From the NCBI RefSeq assembly GCF_006345805.1, contig NC_042997.1, positions 167,710,001 through 167,774,000 on the forward strand: a stretch of DNA of 64,000 nt, given 5' to 3'. Positions within the stretch are counted from its first letter, which is position 1, and each line of letters opens with the position of its first letter. The position numbers and the translations under genes are program-made. The notes beneath the pieces were generated by a model that did no database searches, was not told the origin of the DNA, and was given only the letters and a program-made list of their open reading frames with translations. Positions 13,501 to 25,956 of this stretch are shown here, one piece after another. Origin of the DNA: Octopus sinensis. Lineage: Eukaryota.

Positions 13501-16500
13501 TGGGACAGTATTAATTAGATGTTTTGTGATATTTGGTCCAGTGATTCATACTTCTGAATGCAGCAGTTAAGCATCCATCATTGCCAAGGCCAAGGAAGGT
13601 CGAAATCACATGATCAGGTAGTCTTGATGCTGGAGGTGGTAGGGATTTATCTCTATGTTAGCAATATAAACAAGAGTGCATTTTGCACCAAAAGCCAATA
13701 TTAGAGTTTTTCTTATGGTACTTACCACAGTATGGTTTGTTCTAACAGAACAACCACATTTAAGTGGGGATAAATATTACCCCTTGGTAAACAAAGAGTC
13801 CCAAATCTACTTTTTAGTGTTCTGAAATCAATAAATACACCACAAGTATACAAGAATACATTTACTGGACTATATTGCCCCCACTTCCAATGAGTGTAGT
13901 GAAGTTGATTTGCTGGACTGTATTACATCCATCCATAATGAATACTGAGGTTATATGGAAGAAATCAGCATTTATTCTGTTACCATTTGCTGGTGCCAAT
14001 TCAGCTCTTGATAAATCTGCAGCCTCTGTGTCTTTTAAAGGGGTTGTATGAAATCCTTTTTATCACAGTGTACTTAACAGAATGTATATAAACTGTAATA
14101 AGCCAGCTGAGATACTTATGCTACCTTCTTTAGACACCCAAGTTCAAGTTGTCTTTATGTCAAATTTGCTCTTCATCTTACAGTGTCTATAAAGTAAGTA
14201 CTGCTAATATATTGGTGTCAATTTCAATTGATGAAATTTTCTCCCCTACAAAACTGTTCTTATATTTAATCGAAATAAATTGTCATCAGCAATATCAAGG
14301 TGAGGAAGTAGCAGAAAAGGCAGGGTGCAATGTTTAGTTTCATCCCTTTATGTTCTGAGTTCAAAACTTGCCAGTGTCAATTACCTTTTATCATCTCTAG
14401 TGTTCATGAAATACATACCAGTTGTAGACTGTGATCATTTCTATCACTTTTATCCTCATCTCACAAATTTGTGGCAGGGTTTGAAAGATAGAACTCAGAC
14501 TTATGAGAAGTTTCCTACATAGTCACTTGATTTGCTTTTAACAGCAGCCAAATCTCATAAATTTCATCTTACCATCTTAAAATGGGAATGTCGCATTGAA
14601 TAATATCATCCTGGATACAGTTCTGAAAAAAGATTGGATAGTCATGACTAGAATGCTTTTGATAGGTCTGTATAATCAAAGCTATCTTAATGCTAAGCAT
14701 CATCATCATCAGCTGCTGCAGCAGCATTTTCATGCCTCTGTCATTGTGTCAAATGATGCATTTTCAAAAATTGTTTTAATTATTGATTTTTATATATTTT
14801 TTTTCATCTGATATTTGTTTACTTTTATTTGCAGAGAGTCAAATTTGGCTTGGTCCGTTCATTATAACACTTTTCATCTTACTTACGCCATTATGGATCT
14901 GGGTGTCTAGCAAAAACAAATATACATGTGAAGTACTATATACAGGATGGACACCAGTTATAAGTGCTATGGTTATAAGTAGGTTAGTATAAGTAGCACC
15001 TTTTTCATTACTACCTGGTTTGTCACTCTTCACTGGTTGCTGAAAAGATTTCAAATATTTCCAGGTAATGTGACTGATTAAAGATTTGCTGACTTAATCA
15101 TCTATTGTTTGAGATATTTTGATTATTAATCCCATGGTATGTGAACTTTCAGCAATTTGATTCAAGTCCTATAGCTTGTGAATGATTTAACATTTAACTC
15201 ATGAATTATTTCTCACTTACTAAAATAATTGTGACTTGTGACTTTTTAATACCTTCAGAAGTTCCAAAGATTTGGCTTATGTCTTATGGCTTTTTAAAGA
15301 CTTAGTCACCTTGTTTCTAGAGAATTCAGTCAATATCGATATTTATGAAAGTTCAATCACCTTAGTGTTCTACTACTGTAGAGACTTAGAAACATCTTGC
15401 AAGTGCAGTCAGTCTAAAACTCTGCATACTGGATGCTAGTAGGTTTCAGGAGAGAATGTGCACCATTTTGGGGCCTTCTTCTCAATGGCTTTACAGTGCA
15501 CTGGCTCCCATCACTGATGTGTGGCTCTACCTATTGTTTTGACTGACTACTATTCAACCTGAAGTCCATTTCAGGATCATCACCTCTCCAGCTAGGTTTC
15601 ATCATTCCTTTTCAGTCATATTCAATGGCTGGTCCTCTCAACTGTCACCTGGGTCTCCTTCAAGATGGGAGGTGGAATAGGGAATGGTTCACTACCTTGC
15701 TTAAAGTCACTTTGCTCTACCAATAATGACAAGATATGATCTTGTACCATATTGTATTGAGTTATTATAAAACCACAATGAAAAATATTACTTTAATTAA
15801 AAGATTATCTTTTCCTCCTTCAGCTATTAATGATAATTAAAAGTAGGATTAGTAATTCTACTGTATGTGATTGATTTAAGTGGATTCTTGATGAAGTTGT
15901 TTGGTTCACAGCATCAATTTTAAATCCTGTTGGAAGAGTTTCAAGTTTAGCAAATTTTGAAAACTATTTAAGAAATCCTTTGAAAATCCTATTTTAATAC
16001 ATGTGGTGACAGTAAGGACTTTTGATTGCAGAATATTATTGTTTCAATAAAATCTATGTACAAGAAATAATTCACATAAAAAAGTGTCTTGATTAAGATT
16101 ATAGAAATAAAAAATAAAAGCATCATACTCATCTCTTCTTTTCTTTGTTTATTACAGCATTGGTGGTTTAATATTAGACTTTACTGTATCTAACTACCAT
16201 GGTATTGCTGTCTTTCAACCAGTCATCAATGGTTAGTAGCTTCTTTATTATTATTATCACTATTGTAAGAATGAATGGATTGGCAGAGTTGTTTGAATGT
16301 TGAATAAAATGCCTAGTAGTATTTGTTCGAGTTCCTTGGGTTCTGAGTTCAGACCTTGTTGAACTTTGCATCTCATCCCTTCACATTTCATCCCTCCAGA
16401 TAAAATAAACTACATGCCAAGTACTGGGGTTTATGATACAGACTAACCCCCTTCTACAAAACTATCATTTAAAGTTAGTGAAAGGCAGAATTATCATTAT

Positions 16501-19500
16501 CATTATCAAGGGTAATTGATATCAGAAAAAATAGAGCAATGCAGTAACTGCCTTGTAGTACTTAGCTATGTTTCTTCATTGAAATCTCAATAGAGTTGAC
16601 TTTGCTTTTTATACTTCCAGAGTCAATAAAATAGCACCAGTCTGGAACATAATCCAGTCTTCTTATGATCACATCAATGAGATATAGGCTTCACTGTACT
16701 TATTTTATTACTTAGAAAATAACAAGAACGTCTTTCTTGTTAACTTTTTGATATTTCATGCATTTAACTTTTTCTTGCTGATGATGTATCTTGAGCAATT
16801 TGTATAGAGATAGCTTACAATTTCTGCAAGACTGTTCCACTGTATAATTTTATTTTGCCATCTGAATCTTTGTTTTATTTATTTATTCTTTTGTTGTTGC
16901 AGGTGTTGGTGGCAACCTGGTAGCAGTCCAAGCTAGTCGTTTATCTACAGGTTTACACAAAATCAGTACCCCAGGACATTTACCTTCACACTTACACAGT
17001 GGGTGTCCAAACCCTATTAAGAGTTTTTGTGGGTCTCGTAAGTATAACTTGGCTTGCACTTGCTTGCCACTAGATTATCTTACTTTCACTGTAATACCTC
17101 TCTCATCATTAAATACTAATGACCTACCATACTTTCCTTACATCACAGTATCTCAAACACACCTGTTGCATTGTCCCACTTTAACACTAACAAAAACTCA
17201 CTGGAAAGTAAGAGCAACTTTTACATGGTTACACAAAGCAGTCAAACCTCCTAATCAACCCTGTCATCTTGAAAGTTGTATACATACATTGGATAATTTA
17301 GTTTTAGATACATATACCTGAAGTTAAGATGGAATAGTCATGATGGATCGCCTATGATCATAGATTTCCATGGTTAAGTGACACTAAACAGCAACAACCA
17401 AGAAGGAATCTTCACAAGATCATTCAATCTGTTGGAAATAGCAGTCAAATCTCCCTTCAAATCATACACTACTGACTAAAAAGAAGCTTAAACTTGAAAG
17501 TGTAGTCTTGGATACATTATTCCTGAAAGAAGTAATCAATGGCCACATTTAAAATAACTTTGGTGATAGGTTTGCTTAATCAGGACCAATGGCTAAATAA
17601 CTACACCACCCTTATCACTGCTGCCATCACCACACCAGATAATTCCTTAACCTACTAACACACAAGCCACACAACATCCCATTATCACCAACAACTATAC
17701 CACACTACATTATTCTATTATCAACACCATAGACACACATCATATTGTATGACTACCAACATGTATTGCATACCATATCCTACGACCAATGCCATGAGTC
17801 TCTGCATGGTTGCTGGATGTGCTACAAATAGCAGCCATGTCTCTCTCAAATTACACTCTACCATACAAGAAGAGGACATTGGATAATGTGATCCTGAAGG
17901 TGCTGTGCCTAGGATGAGATGGGCTGGGTTAGAATATCATTGGTCATGGATCTGCTTGACCAGGGCTAGCATAGGGCTAAACAACAACTGGCATACACAC
18001 ATGCAGCTTCACATTACAGGTGCAATAAAATATGGACAACCTTCAAAAACTATAGTGAAGACCCCGATGGAAGACATTAAGTCCATGACTGCTGATGAAC
18101 TTATAATACAAAGAGTGAATTGGACATGTGATGTGTTTGTCATCGTGTCCAGTACAGTTACAAGTTATAGTCAACATATGAGGTTAATAATGATTTTACA
18201 AAGACATGCTCCACTGTCACATTCACATTAATTACTGCCATATATGAAGGAATTATTTGACTTCAGCTCTATCAAGAAACTCTTAAAAGGTGATGGATGT
18301 CCAAAGCTGGAGACTTTTCTGGATTCCATGCACAAAGTCACTGGATTGTCATCATCATCATCATAATCATCATCGTTTAACATCCACTTTCCATGCTAGC
18401 ATGGGTTGGACGATTTGACTGAGGATTGGTGAACCAGATGGCTGCGCCAGGCTCCAATCTGATCTGGCAAAGTTTCTACAGCTGGATGCCCTTCCTAACG
18501 TCAACCACTCTGAGAGTGTAGTGGGTGCTTTTACGCGCCACTGGCATGAGGGCAGTCAGGCGGTACTGGCAGCGGCCATACTCAAATGGTGCATTTTATG
18601 TGCCACCTGCACAGGAGCCAGTCCAGTGGCACTGGCAACGACCTCGCTCGAATGTTTTTTCACGTGCCACCAGCACAAGTGCCAGTAAGGTGACGCAGGT
18701 AACGGTCACGCTCGAATGGTGATTTTGAAAATATTCTGTGATAAATCAGAGATGATTCAAAGAGCTGTGTTAATGGAAATATCTTGCCTGATTTTGGAGG
18801 TCTTCATCCTGATCTCAATTTAACCTATGCTTCTAACCTCATCAGTGAACATTCTTTTACAGTGTCTCCAGTCTGTTGCAGATTCACTCTCCTAATTACA
18901 TATCTTTTTATCTTCAGATGTTGACTCAAAGTCATCCCGGGTGATGCTGTTCCTTGTTATCCCAGGTCATCTGATCTTCATGTACACAATATCATTTATG
19001 ATGGCTGGCCACACAACCATAACTTTCATCTTTGCTTCCATTTATCTTACCACTGCTCTCCTTCAGGTAAGCTATCCTATTCCAGTAAGGGAAGTAATCT
19101 GCGTTAATGAATTTGTGTAGCATGAGTAGTATTTCAGAATGTTGGGATGCATTGAGATTTAAGCCTTTGTGGAGCTAGTGATTGTGTTTGGCTTGGTAAA
19201 CTATTTGAGGTTATGTTGCAAGTGAAGTAGTAACAAGCCAGCTATGTGTTTGTGATGAGTACGTTGGATGTAGTGGTGTGTGGTAGGAGTTGTGTTGATG
19301 TGATGTTTCATGCTTGTAAGCTGGAGATGTTGGAGTATGATGAAGACAGTGGTGTTTGTTTGAAGTAGAAAATAGGGAAGTGGATTAAGATTTTTGGAAT
19401 GTGTGTGTGTGTGTGTTGACCTGAGATTACATACTGAGATTTCACTTGGGTTGCTAGGCCTTGCAACAGTGCATGAGTAATAGTATGCTGTGTGGTAAGC

Positions 19501-19805
19501 ATGTCCAACCCATACTGGTCTGATGGCTATAGTGTGTGTGTTTGTGTGTGCACAAGTACACATATAACAAATAGTACTTGTTGCTAAAACTAACCAAAAT
19601 CTGCCTTTTATCTTGCCAGGTTGCCTTACTGCTCTACATTGCCAACTGGATGGTCATACATATGTGGAAGAATGGAAATGATCCAGATAACTTTGCTATT
19701 CCTTACTTAACAGCTATTGGGGATTTAACAGGGACTGCATTCTTGGCTGTTGCCTTCCACATCCTTTATCTGATTGGTGACCGTGATGCCGATGTTGGTG
19801 ATTGA
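1478..19805 (+). CDS. SLC41A1: SLC41 (MgtE-like) Mg2+ transporter gene, 3' nine coding exons; 5' exons outside window
   Basis: Exons 1478-1585, 7211-7282, 8759-8903, 11662-11808, 14835-14982, 16158-16231, 16903-17037, 18918-19066 and 19620-19805 join in frame (1164 nt) through GT-AG introns. Family motifs: [68 protein letters not shown]. Paralog assignment (A1/A2/A3) cannot be resolved from this alone. Confidence 0.95.
2499..2820 (-). repeat. RTE-type LINE 3'-tail repeat, copy 1
   Basis: (CAT)n tail at left, conserved TTCCATGCT.GCATGGGTTGGA and GGATGCCCTTCC..A.GCCAACC motifs, internal GTGCCA..CTGGCAA subrepeats; shared with copies at 4042, 18348, 26225 and 32517. Confidence 0.7.
3968..4039 (+). 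pseudogene. Phosphoglucomutase-like coding fragment ([24 protein letters not shown])
   Basis: 71/72 nt identical to 18274-18345; translation resembles the PGM segment FDF..IK.LL...DAMHGV.G. Confidence 0.6.
4042..4570 (-). repeat. RTE-type LINE 3'-tail repeat, copy 2 (PGM-like flank at 3968-4039)
   Basis: Same family as 2499-2820, with more subrepeats. Confidence 0.7.
5665..5890 (+). mobile_element. tRNA-derived SINE, family A
   Basis: GGCGGCGAGCTGGCAGAA head, B-box GAGTTCAAATTCC; 14-bp flanking direct repeat TATGAATTGCTTGG (5639-5652 / 5891-5904). Confidence 0.85.
6390..6609. mobile_element. piggyBac-type MITE
   Basis: 12-bp TIR CCCTTTC(A/G)TTAC at both ends; TTAA at 6386-6389 and 6610-6613. 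Confidence 0.8.
7211..7282 (+). CDS. SLC41A1: SLC41 exon ([24 protein letters not shown])
   Basis: tttcag acceptor, gtaaat donor, 72 nt, phase 0/0. Confidence 0.92.
7312..7665 (-). mobile_element. tRNA-derived SINE, family B (CORE-like)
   Basis: Reverse complement of the element at 55197-55616; GCACCTTGGGCAAG CORE-like motif; CpG sites decayed. Confidence 0.8.
8759..8903 (+). CDS. SLC41A1: SLC41 exon ([24 protein letters not shown]...SIASFILG)
   Basis: ttctag acceptor, gtaagg donor, 145 nt, phase 0/1. Confidence 0.95.
9803..10914 (-). mobile_element. Tc1-like DNA transposon with DD36E triad, frameshifted
   Basis: 29-bp TIR CA(G/T)GGGTTGGA(G/C)AAAATAATGGAAACACC, TA at 9801-9802 and 10915-10916; transposase pieces in ORFs 10503-10847, 10231-10446 (DESSF) and 9800-10318 (QDDNAPIH..36 aa..SPDLNIIE). 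Confidence 0.9.
11662..11808 (+). CDS. SLC41A1: SLC41 exon ([34 protein letters not shown]...)
   Basis: atgcag acceptor, gtacgt donor, 147 nt, phase 1/1; MgtE PxxxxLGD motif. Confidence 0.95.
12137..13401 (-). mobile_element. Mariner (DD34D) transposon, degraded
   Basis: TIR T(C/T)AGGTCATCCCATAAGTTCTGTCC, TA at 12135-12136 and 13402-13403; ORF 12224-12574 HQDNVRPH..34 aa..[13 protein letters not shown]. Confidence 0.9.
14835..14982 (+). CDS. SLC41A1: SLC41 exon ([10 protein letters not shown]...[13 protein letters not shown])
   Basis: ttgcag acceptor, gttagt donor, 148 nt, phase 1/2. Confidence 0.93.
16158..16231 (+). CDS. SLC41A1: SLC41 exon ([25 protein letters not shown])
   Basis: ttacag acceptor, gttagt donor, 74 nt, phase 2/1. 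Confidence 0.94.
16903..17037 (+). CDS. SLC41A1: SLC41 exon ([19 protein letters not shown]...[10 protein letters not shown])
   Basis: ttgcag acceptor, gtaagt donor, 135 nt, phase 1/1. Confidence 0.95.
18230..18345 (+). pseudogene. Phosphoglucomutase-like coding fragment ([38 protein letters not shown])
   Basis: Translation from 18244 resembles animal PGM1 (M.EIFDF..IK.LL....KL...DAMHGV.G); one inferred 1-nt deletion near 18240; abuts a (CAT)n repeat tail. Confidence 0.65.
18348..18722 (-). repeat. RTE-type LINE 3'-tail repeat, copy 3
   Basis: Same family as 4042-4570. Confidence 0.7.
18918..19066 (+). CDS. SLC41A1: SLC41 exon ([20 protein letters not shown]...YLTTALLQ)
   Basis: cttcag acceptor, gtaagc donor, 149 nt, phase 1/0. 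Confidence 0.94.
19620..19805 (+). CDS. SLC41A1: SLC41 last coding exon ([10 protein letters not shown]...[19 protein letters not shown]...DRDADVGD*)
   Basis: tgccag acceptor, TGA stop, family-typical C-terminus. Confidence 0.96.
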   Translation, partial: VALLLYIANWMVIHMWKNGNDPDNFAIPYLTAIGDLTGTAFLAVAFHILYLIGDRDADVGD

Positions 19806-21002
19806 ACATTCACTTCCTTCTGTTCATATTTTTTTTTTATCTCCTGATTATATTTTTTTTACTCTTTTCAATGCTTGTTTCATATTTATGTGTGCATTTG
19901 TAATGTATGTGTGCATATAATCACACATATATTGCTATCCGTCAAATGCACACAGACGTATACACACAATATATATATACATATACATATATGTATATAT
20001 GTATGTATTAATTGGTAAACATTTGTAAATAATATTATTTTAAGTTAAAAATATAACAAACTCTAACACTTACAAATATATACTGATTAATATTGTTTAT
20101 ATATAAAAACTTTTAGCTGTTAATTTATGTGTGTGTATATATTCAAGACTTCAAGACCATTTGGCCATTGAAACATTGATCTGACGAGGATTTCTGTAAT
20201 GGATGCGGAAATATATTTTCCACTTGGTGGTGACCGATTCTATGTTGTATATAAATAACAAAAGAGAAAAAGACATGATATTTCATATTCATGCTCTTTG
20301 CATTTGTTTGTGCATTAATGCATGCAACCATTATTTCAGAGTGTGGCTTGTTATGAATCCTTTCTGGCCATTATTATGGTGTGTTATCAACTTCTTGCAA
20401 ATTCTATGGCTAACAATTATTTTCCATGGATTTTGTGAGATATTTTATGTAACCAAGATTATACCACAAAAGTTGAATTTTCTAAATACTTCAGGACTAA
20501 ACAGCTGCTAATTCTTTACAAAGTACAAATACATAACACACACTGTGAATTGTATTATCAGAAAAGGCCTTCCTACTGAAATCGAAGTCTTCACTTTTAA
20601 CTAACTACATTAATCTACAGTTGTGTGTGTTCTTTGCCCTTCCTTCTGATATTGTAAAAGCTTCCGCAAGTTTACTAACTAAGCTCTATTTTATTTAATA
20701 CATAAAATTTACTTCCTTTTTTTTTACCCCACTTTTCATATCTCACAATGGGTATTTCTTGCCTGTAAAACAGAATCCAAAGAGACTGGTTAGTTATATT
20801 TGTATTATCTTGTGAAACCAACAAAAGGAGTACAGTGAACTTGCCGTAGGAAGTAGAAAATCCAATAGAGAAGTTGACAAGAGTGAAATTAAAACAAGCG
20901 AGCAGAATATCTTTTTCTGACACAAAACTTTCCATTTAGTACATTATTCCAAATAGCACTTTGGGATTGCCATACATACCTAGTTGGTGTCTTTTGAATA
21001 TA

Positions 21003-22447
21003 CACCCAGAACCATGCTAATAGCTTAGGAGTGAAATTTAGGATTTCTCAGTTTTCTGTGAATCGATTTTGATAAAACTTTTCCCAGCTGGTTTGCACAC
21101 TATGGCAATATCATTGTTATGTTTTCATTATTCTGTGTAATGTCCTTTCTTTTTATTTCAGATTCTTCAGAAAATGAAGGGTAATGATACATATTAAGCA
21201 TACATTGAGTATATATTTAACAGAAAACCATAATATTATACCATTTATTGACATGATGAATTATTTAGCCACATGAGTGCCATTTCGACAGATAACTTCA
21301 AAAATCATATTAGTCATGGAATTTGTCAACTTCTTAATAGTAGCAGGTTGGACTGCCTCTACTGAAGCTTTGATGGTCACCCATAAGACATCTTTCAACA
21401 TAAATTGGTGTCCATTTGGCATAAACATCTTGTTTAATGATGGTCCAAGCATTTTCAATAGGGTTTGAGATCCAGAGATGCTAGTGGCTACACCATCGAC
21501 CTTTCACCTTGTGTGCTGTAAGACCCTAGTAATGTTTGGGTGGTTCTAGGAGAGTGGGAGGGAGCATTGTCATGCATAAATACGAGATTCCTTAGAAGTG
21601 ACAGCAGTATGTCATCTAGCCAGGGATCCAAGACCTCCTTCAGGAGATTGCAGTAGGCGGCTGCAGTCACTTTAGCCTCTTCAGGTACTTTGACTGGGCC
21701 AACTAGTCTGTCCCCAATGATACCAGCTCACAACGTGAGTCCTCCACCCTGTTGTTGAGATTGTAAACATTGGTGATGCTCATCTCCAAAATAGACCCAA
21801 CCATCAGGTTCGTCAAGGGTTACCCTGGTTTCGTCAATGAACAGAACACAACTCATGTATAACATTATGTACTTTTGGGCCCATTGAAGATTCAAACTCC
21901 TGTGTGGAGGTAGTTTCAAGGGTTCTTGCATGGAAGCCATGGTTCTGAAGATGCAATTTCTGGTGGTTTTCAGTACATGAGGAAGTCCAGAAGCAGTGAA
22001 AATGGCTTTGTTTGTTTGTCCAGGTTTCCCACATGACTTGTGGCCTAAACTCCCTAAATTCCTTAAATGCTTAGCTGATACAATCATGGAGGTCCCACAA
22101 TTGGATCATTTCTTCCTTGGCACTCATGTGGCTAAATAATTCATTATGTCAATAAATGTTATAGTATTATTATGGCTTTCTGTTAAATATAAACTCAATG
22201 TATGTTTAATATGTATCATTACTCTTCATTTTCTGAAAAAAATTTCTAGATGGGCTATTAGTGTGGTTCACCCAAAAGCTGAAGGATCTAAAATAGAAAA
22301 GAAAAGACGTTACACAGAATAATGAAAACATAACAATAGTGTTGCCATAGTGTGCAAACCAGCTGGGAAAAGTTTTATCAAAATCGATTCACAGAAAACC
22401 AAGAAATCCTAAATTTCACTCCTAAGCTATTAGCATGGTTCTGGGTG
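21003..22447 (-). mobile_element. Tc1-like DD37E (TRT-type) transposon remnant with ~280/330-bp inverted arms
   Basis: Arms 21003-21282 and 22118-22447 start CACCCAGAACCATGC, TA at 21001-21002 and 22448-22449; transposase pieces FIDETRVTLDEPDGW, QQQGGG, FMHDNAPSH..37 aa..DLNPIE (after correcting one stop and a +1 A). Confidence 0.88.
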
Positions 22448-25400
22448 TATGTACTAACTGCACCAAAAGTAATCAATTTTACTGTGCTTGCCCCACTTCT
22501 GCCATGGGGAACCCTCATATGCTATCAGATTTTATCAGCAAAAAACCCTTCTTCCTTCTCCATTCTTACAGAATACTTGCACAGTTATGTACACTTCTTG
22601 AAATATATTGATTATTTGACAAGAGAAAATGATTAACCAACAGCTCATGTTAACTAAGGTAGAAAAAATTGTTTGTTCAGCTAATATTTACTTTTCATTT
22701 AGAAACCTTATACAACATGCACACACACATACACACATGAACTTGGCAGCATAATTTCCTTCAACATGCTTTGTTATGTTTAAAAAATGGATTGCTCATA
22801 GCTAGAGTGCCATTCATGATAGGTCATTTTAGTATGTGCTGCCCTTTGGGTTAAATCACACCTATATTGAGTGCTACACTCAAAATGTTCTACAGTTCAT
22901 AATGAACGAAAGATATTATTGGAAAATGGGCAGAATGCCACAATATACTTGGTCTATGATTATCTCCATGGATCCACTGATTTGGATCATTTTACAGCAA
23001 TAGACAGAGGAGGCCAAGAGTAGCAACTAGTTTAGTATTGGTCTCCTCTGTCCTTGCCATCTACCACCCATTGTGTTGTCATATTTGTATCTTTAGACGG
23101 CTGTCGAATTGTTTCAGCCTACACAATGTGAATCAAACCTGATAACTTTTGAAAATCTTATGGATTTAATAGAACTGGTAACATAAGAATCTTTGAATTA
23201 CTCATTTAAGCATAGAGTATCTTTCATGTAATTCTATACTATATTTATGCATTTCTTTATTGGTTAGTCAGTAACTTAACAGATTTTATAATATTTCATT
23301 ACTATCAAAATTTCTACCATAATATTTAATTATGTTATATATTAATGTTTAGTACAATGTTTCTTAAGGTGGGGTATGGAAACGTTTTGGTGGAGTGTGA
23401 GTTACTTCAGAATGGGGTGTAAGTAACAAATGAATAAATCTTGCAATGAAGTTTTAATTAAAACTTCTTTTGTATATATATCTATGCTGTAAGTTGGCCA
23501 TTTACAGTGAGGATCATGTTGTTTTTTGTTTTTTTTTGAAAATTGAAGTGGGATGTGGGACAAAAAATGATTATAAACATGGTCTAAAATAATTGATAGT
23601 GATGGCGATAACATCAGTTTAGTTAGGTCCCTTACATTCTGAGTTCAAACTGTGCCAGGATCTGTAAGAAGAAATATATTTGACTGTATCAGTTCTCTAT
23701 AGATCTGTGATCATGTGTCACTATTTTTTATATTGTATTATATATATTATTCTTTTATTGTGTCAATCATTGGAATGTAGCCATGCTAAAACTCAATCTT
23801 CAAAAGTATCTTGTAGTTTAGTCTGCTGCTGTTTTACCCATCTATATTCTCAAACTCACCTGTTGGATGTAAAAGAAAGTAACTTCACTTCTGTATCAAC
23901 ACATGCACACAGACATGAGCGCGCGCGGTATTACACAGCTTCCATTTATCAAATTTGAAGGTATTGGTCAACATGAAGCAGTGGAGGAAACACTTGTCCA
24001 AGGTGCTATGCAGTGGGATCAAACTTTAAACCACATAGTTGAGAAGCAGATTTCTTTGATGTAGTTCTGTACAATTTGAGCATCTGTAGGAAAACATGTG
24101 AGCTGGGAGAGAAGTTTGCACATCTGAGGTAGAATGACTTGGCAAAGCCAGGAAGTGAAAATCAGCAAGGATGCCGATGAGGAGAAAAACAAAAAGCTGT
24201 GGTGGAATGGAGTAGAAGTGGTATGCAATTTACTAATTCAGGAAAACAGAGGTGGTGTGTTAGCTGCAGAATGACAAAGAAGGAAAACAGAGCAACTGAA
24301 CCAGTTGTTCTAACTTGTTGGGGATTTAGTCTTCATCAATGAATTGGGTGGTTTTGATATGGTTTAGCATGTTTATGTGTGATATTGCCATCCTAGATAT
24401 GAAAATAGAATGTTGACAATTGATCAGTGCTCAAGTTTTATCTAGTCATAGAACCAAGTCTTAATCTATCCTACAAGCTATTTTACTGCATCACTGAAGA
24501 TTAAGGTGGTCATCTACCAGAATTGTGAAAGTTTGGGACTTACAACTTGAAGTAATTGTTCTGGCTCTTTGTGTTCTGAGTTAGAATCCATCTGAATCAA
24601 CTTTGGTTTTCATCCTTCCAGGGTTGATAAAATACCAGTGAAGTACTAAGGTGAATTCTGCTTTCTTTTTCTCTCCCAGAATTAGCTATTTGAGCTTGAG
24701 ACTCAAAAATCATACAAAGAAACCTCAGAACTTGGCAGGCATGGATAAACCAAGGTGCTGTAGAGTACAGAATGGTTCCCTTTCTTCCTCAGAATGGTTT
24801 TCTCTTGATTACAGCTAATTCTTTTTTTTTTTTAAACAAAAGTCAGGTAATTTGCCATTTGATGTACTATAGAAAAATAATAATAGGATGTATTGTTCAT
24901 TACCCAATCTACACAATTGTTGGATTAATACTGGGCATCTACACAGATTTATACAATCTAGCTGGAGAGTAGAGCATGCATGGTTGTAGTTTAACTAAAG
25001 CAGATTGAACCCCACTACATAAAAATTGTGATCCTATGGTTGTCAAGCTCACAGAACAAAATATGTTGGTATAATGTCTCTTTAGAAGGAACTGAGTACT
25101 ACAGGTAACACAGTTTCCAGCAGTACCATGGAGATCACAAGGTTAAAAGAGAAATACAGAATGCTTTTAGCAGTAATATTTTCAATTTCTTAGAACAGTT
25201 CTCATGAAAATGATCAATAGAGATAACAGCTCAAATGAATTCCACATAATGATTTTGGTTCACTTTATCAATATTCATAGATAAACTAATAAATTGGCTT
25301 TTATTCATTTGACATCTGATAGACAGAGAGAGAGAGATCAGCAATAACATCTGGAGTTGTTTTTGCTATTGTCTTTTTATTTATTTTTAGATGTTTCAGC

Positions 25401-25956
25401 AAATTTTTTTGTTATTAAAAAAAAATCAGAGCATTGACTTGTTTCCATCATGCATATTTGCATTCATATGCTCTATTTTAAAACAAATCCCTGCTGTATG
25501 TGTAGAGTGTGTATGCTTGCATGTATTTATTTATTCTGTATATATCACATTTCATGAGCAATAGTATCATTGGTTACAGGTGTTTAAAAGGTTAGTCACT
25601 GGTTCACCATGTTTATGATAGCGAAAGGAAGTATTTGTGCAACTTGAGTGAAACAAATACCACATATGTATTTTAGTTTGAAAGCATCGCGGTTATCAGT
25701 TTACCGGCCATTGTTTATATCTTTCACTGATATATATTGAACAAAAGACACTCAGACAAATACACATCCATATACATTTATGTATGTATGTATGTATGTG
25801 TGTGTGTGTAAATGTGCATTGGAGAATGGGAAAAAGATAATGAATGTATAATAGTTTTCAGTTGTTCAGTTACTTTGTTTTCATCAGGTAGAGCCTTCAT
25901 AACAAAGTAAATACTCTATCAAAATGTTTCATGGTATTCTACCAGGAAATATTTCA

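Noticed and set aside
22572-22658. Plus-strand AG/GT-bounded exon candidate downstream of SLC41
   Set aside because: Stops in all three frames; cannot be supported without transcripts.
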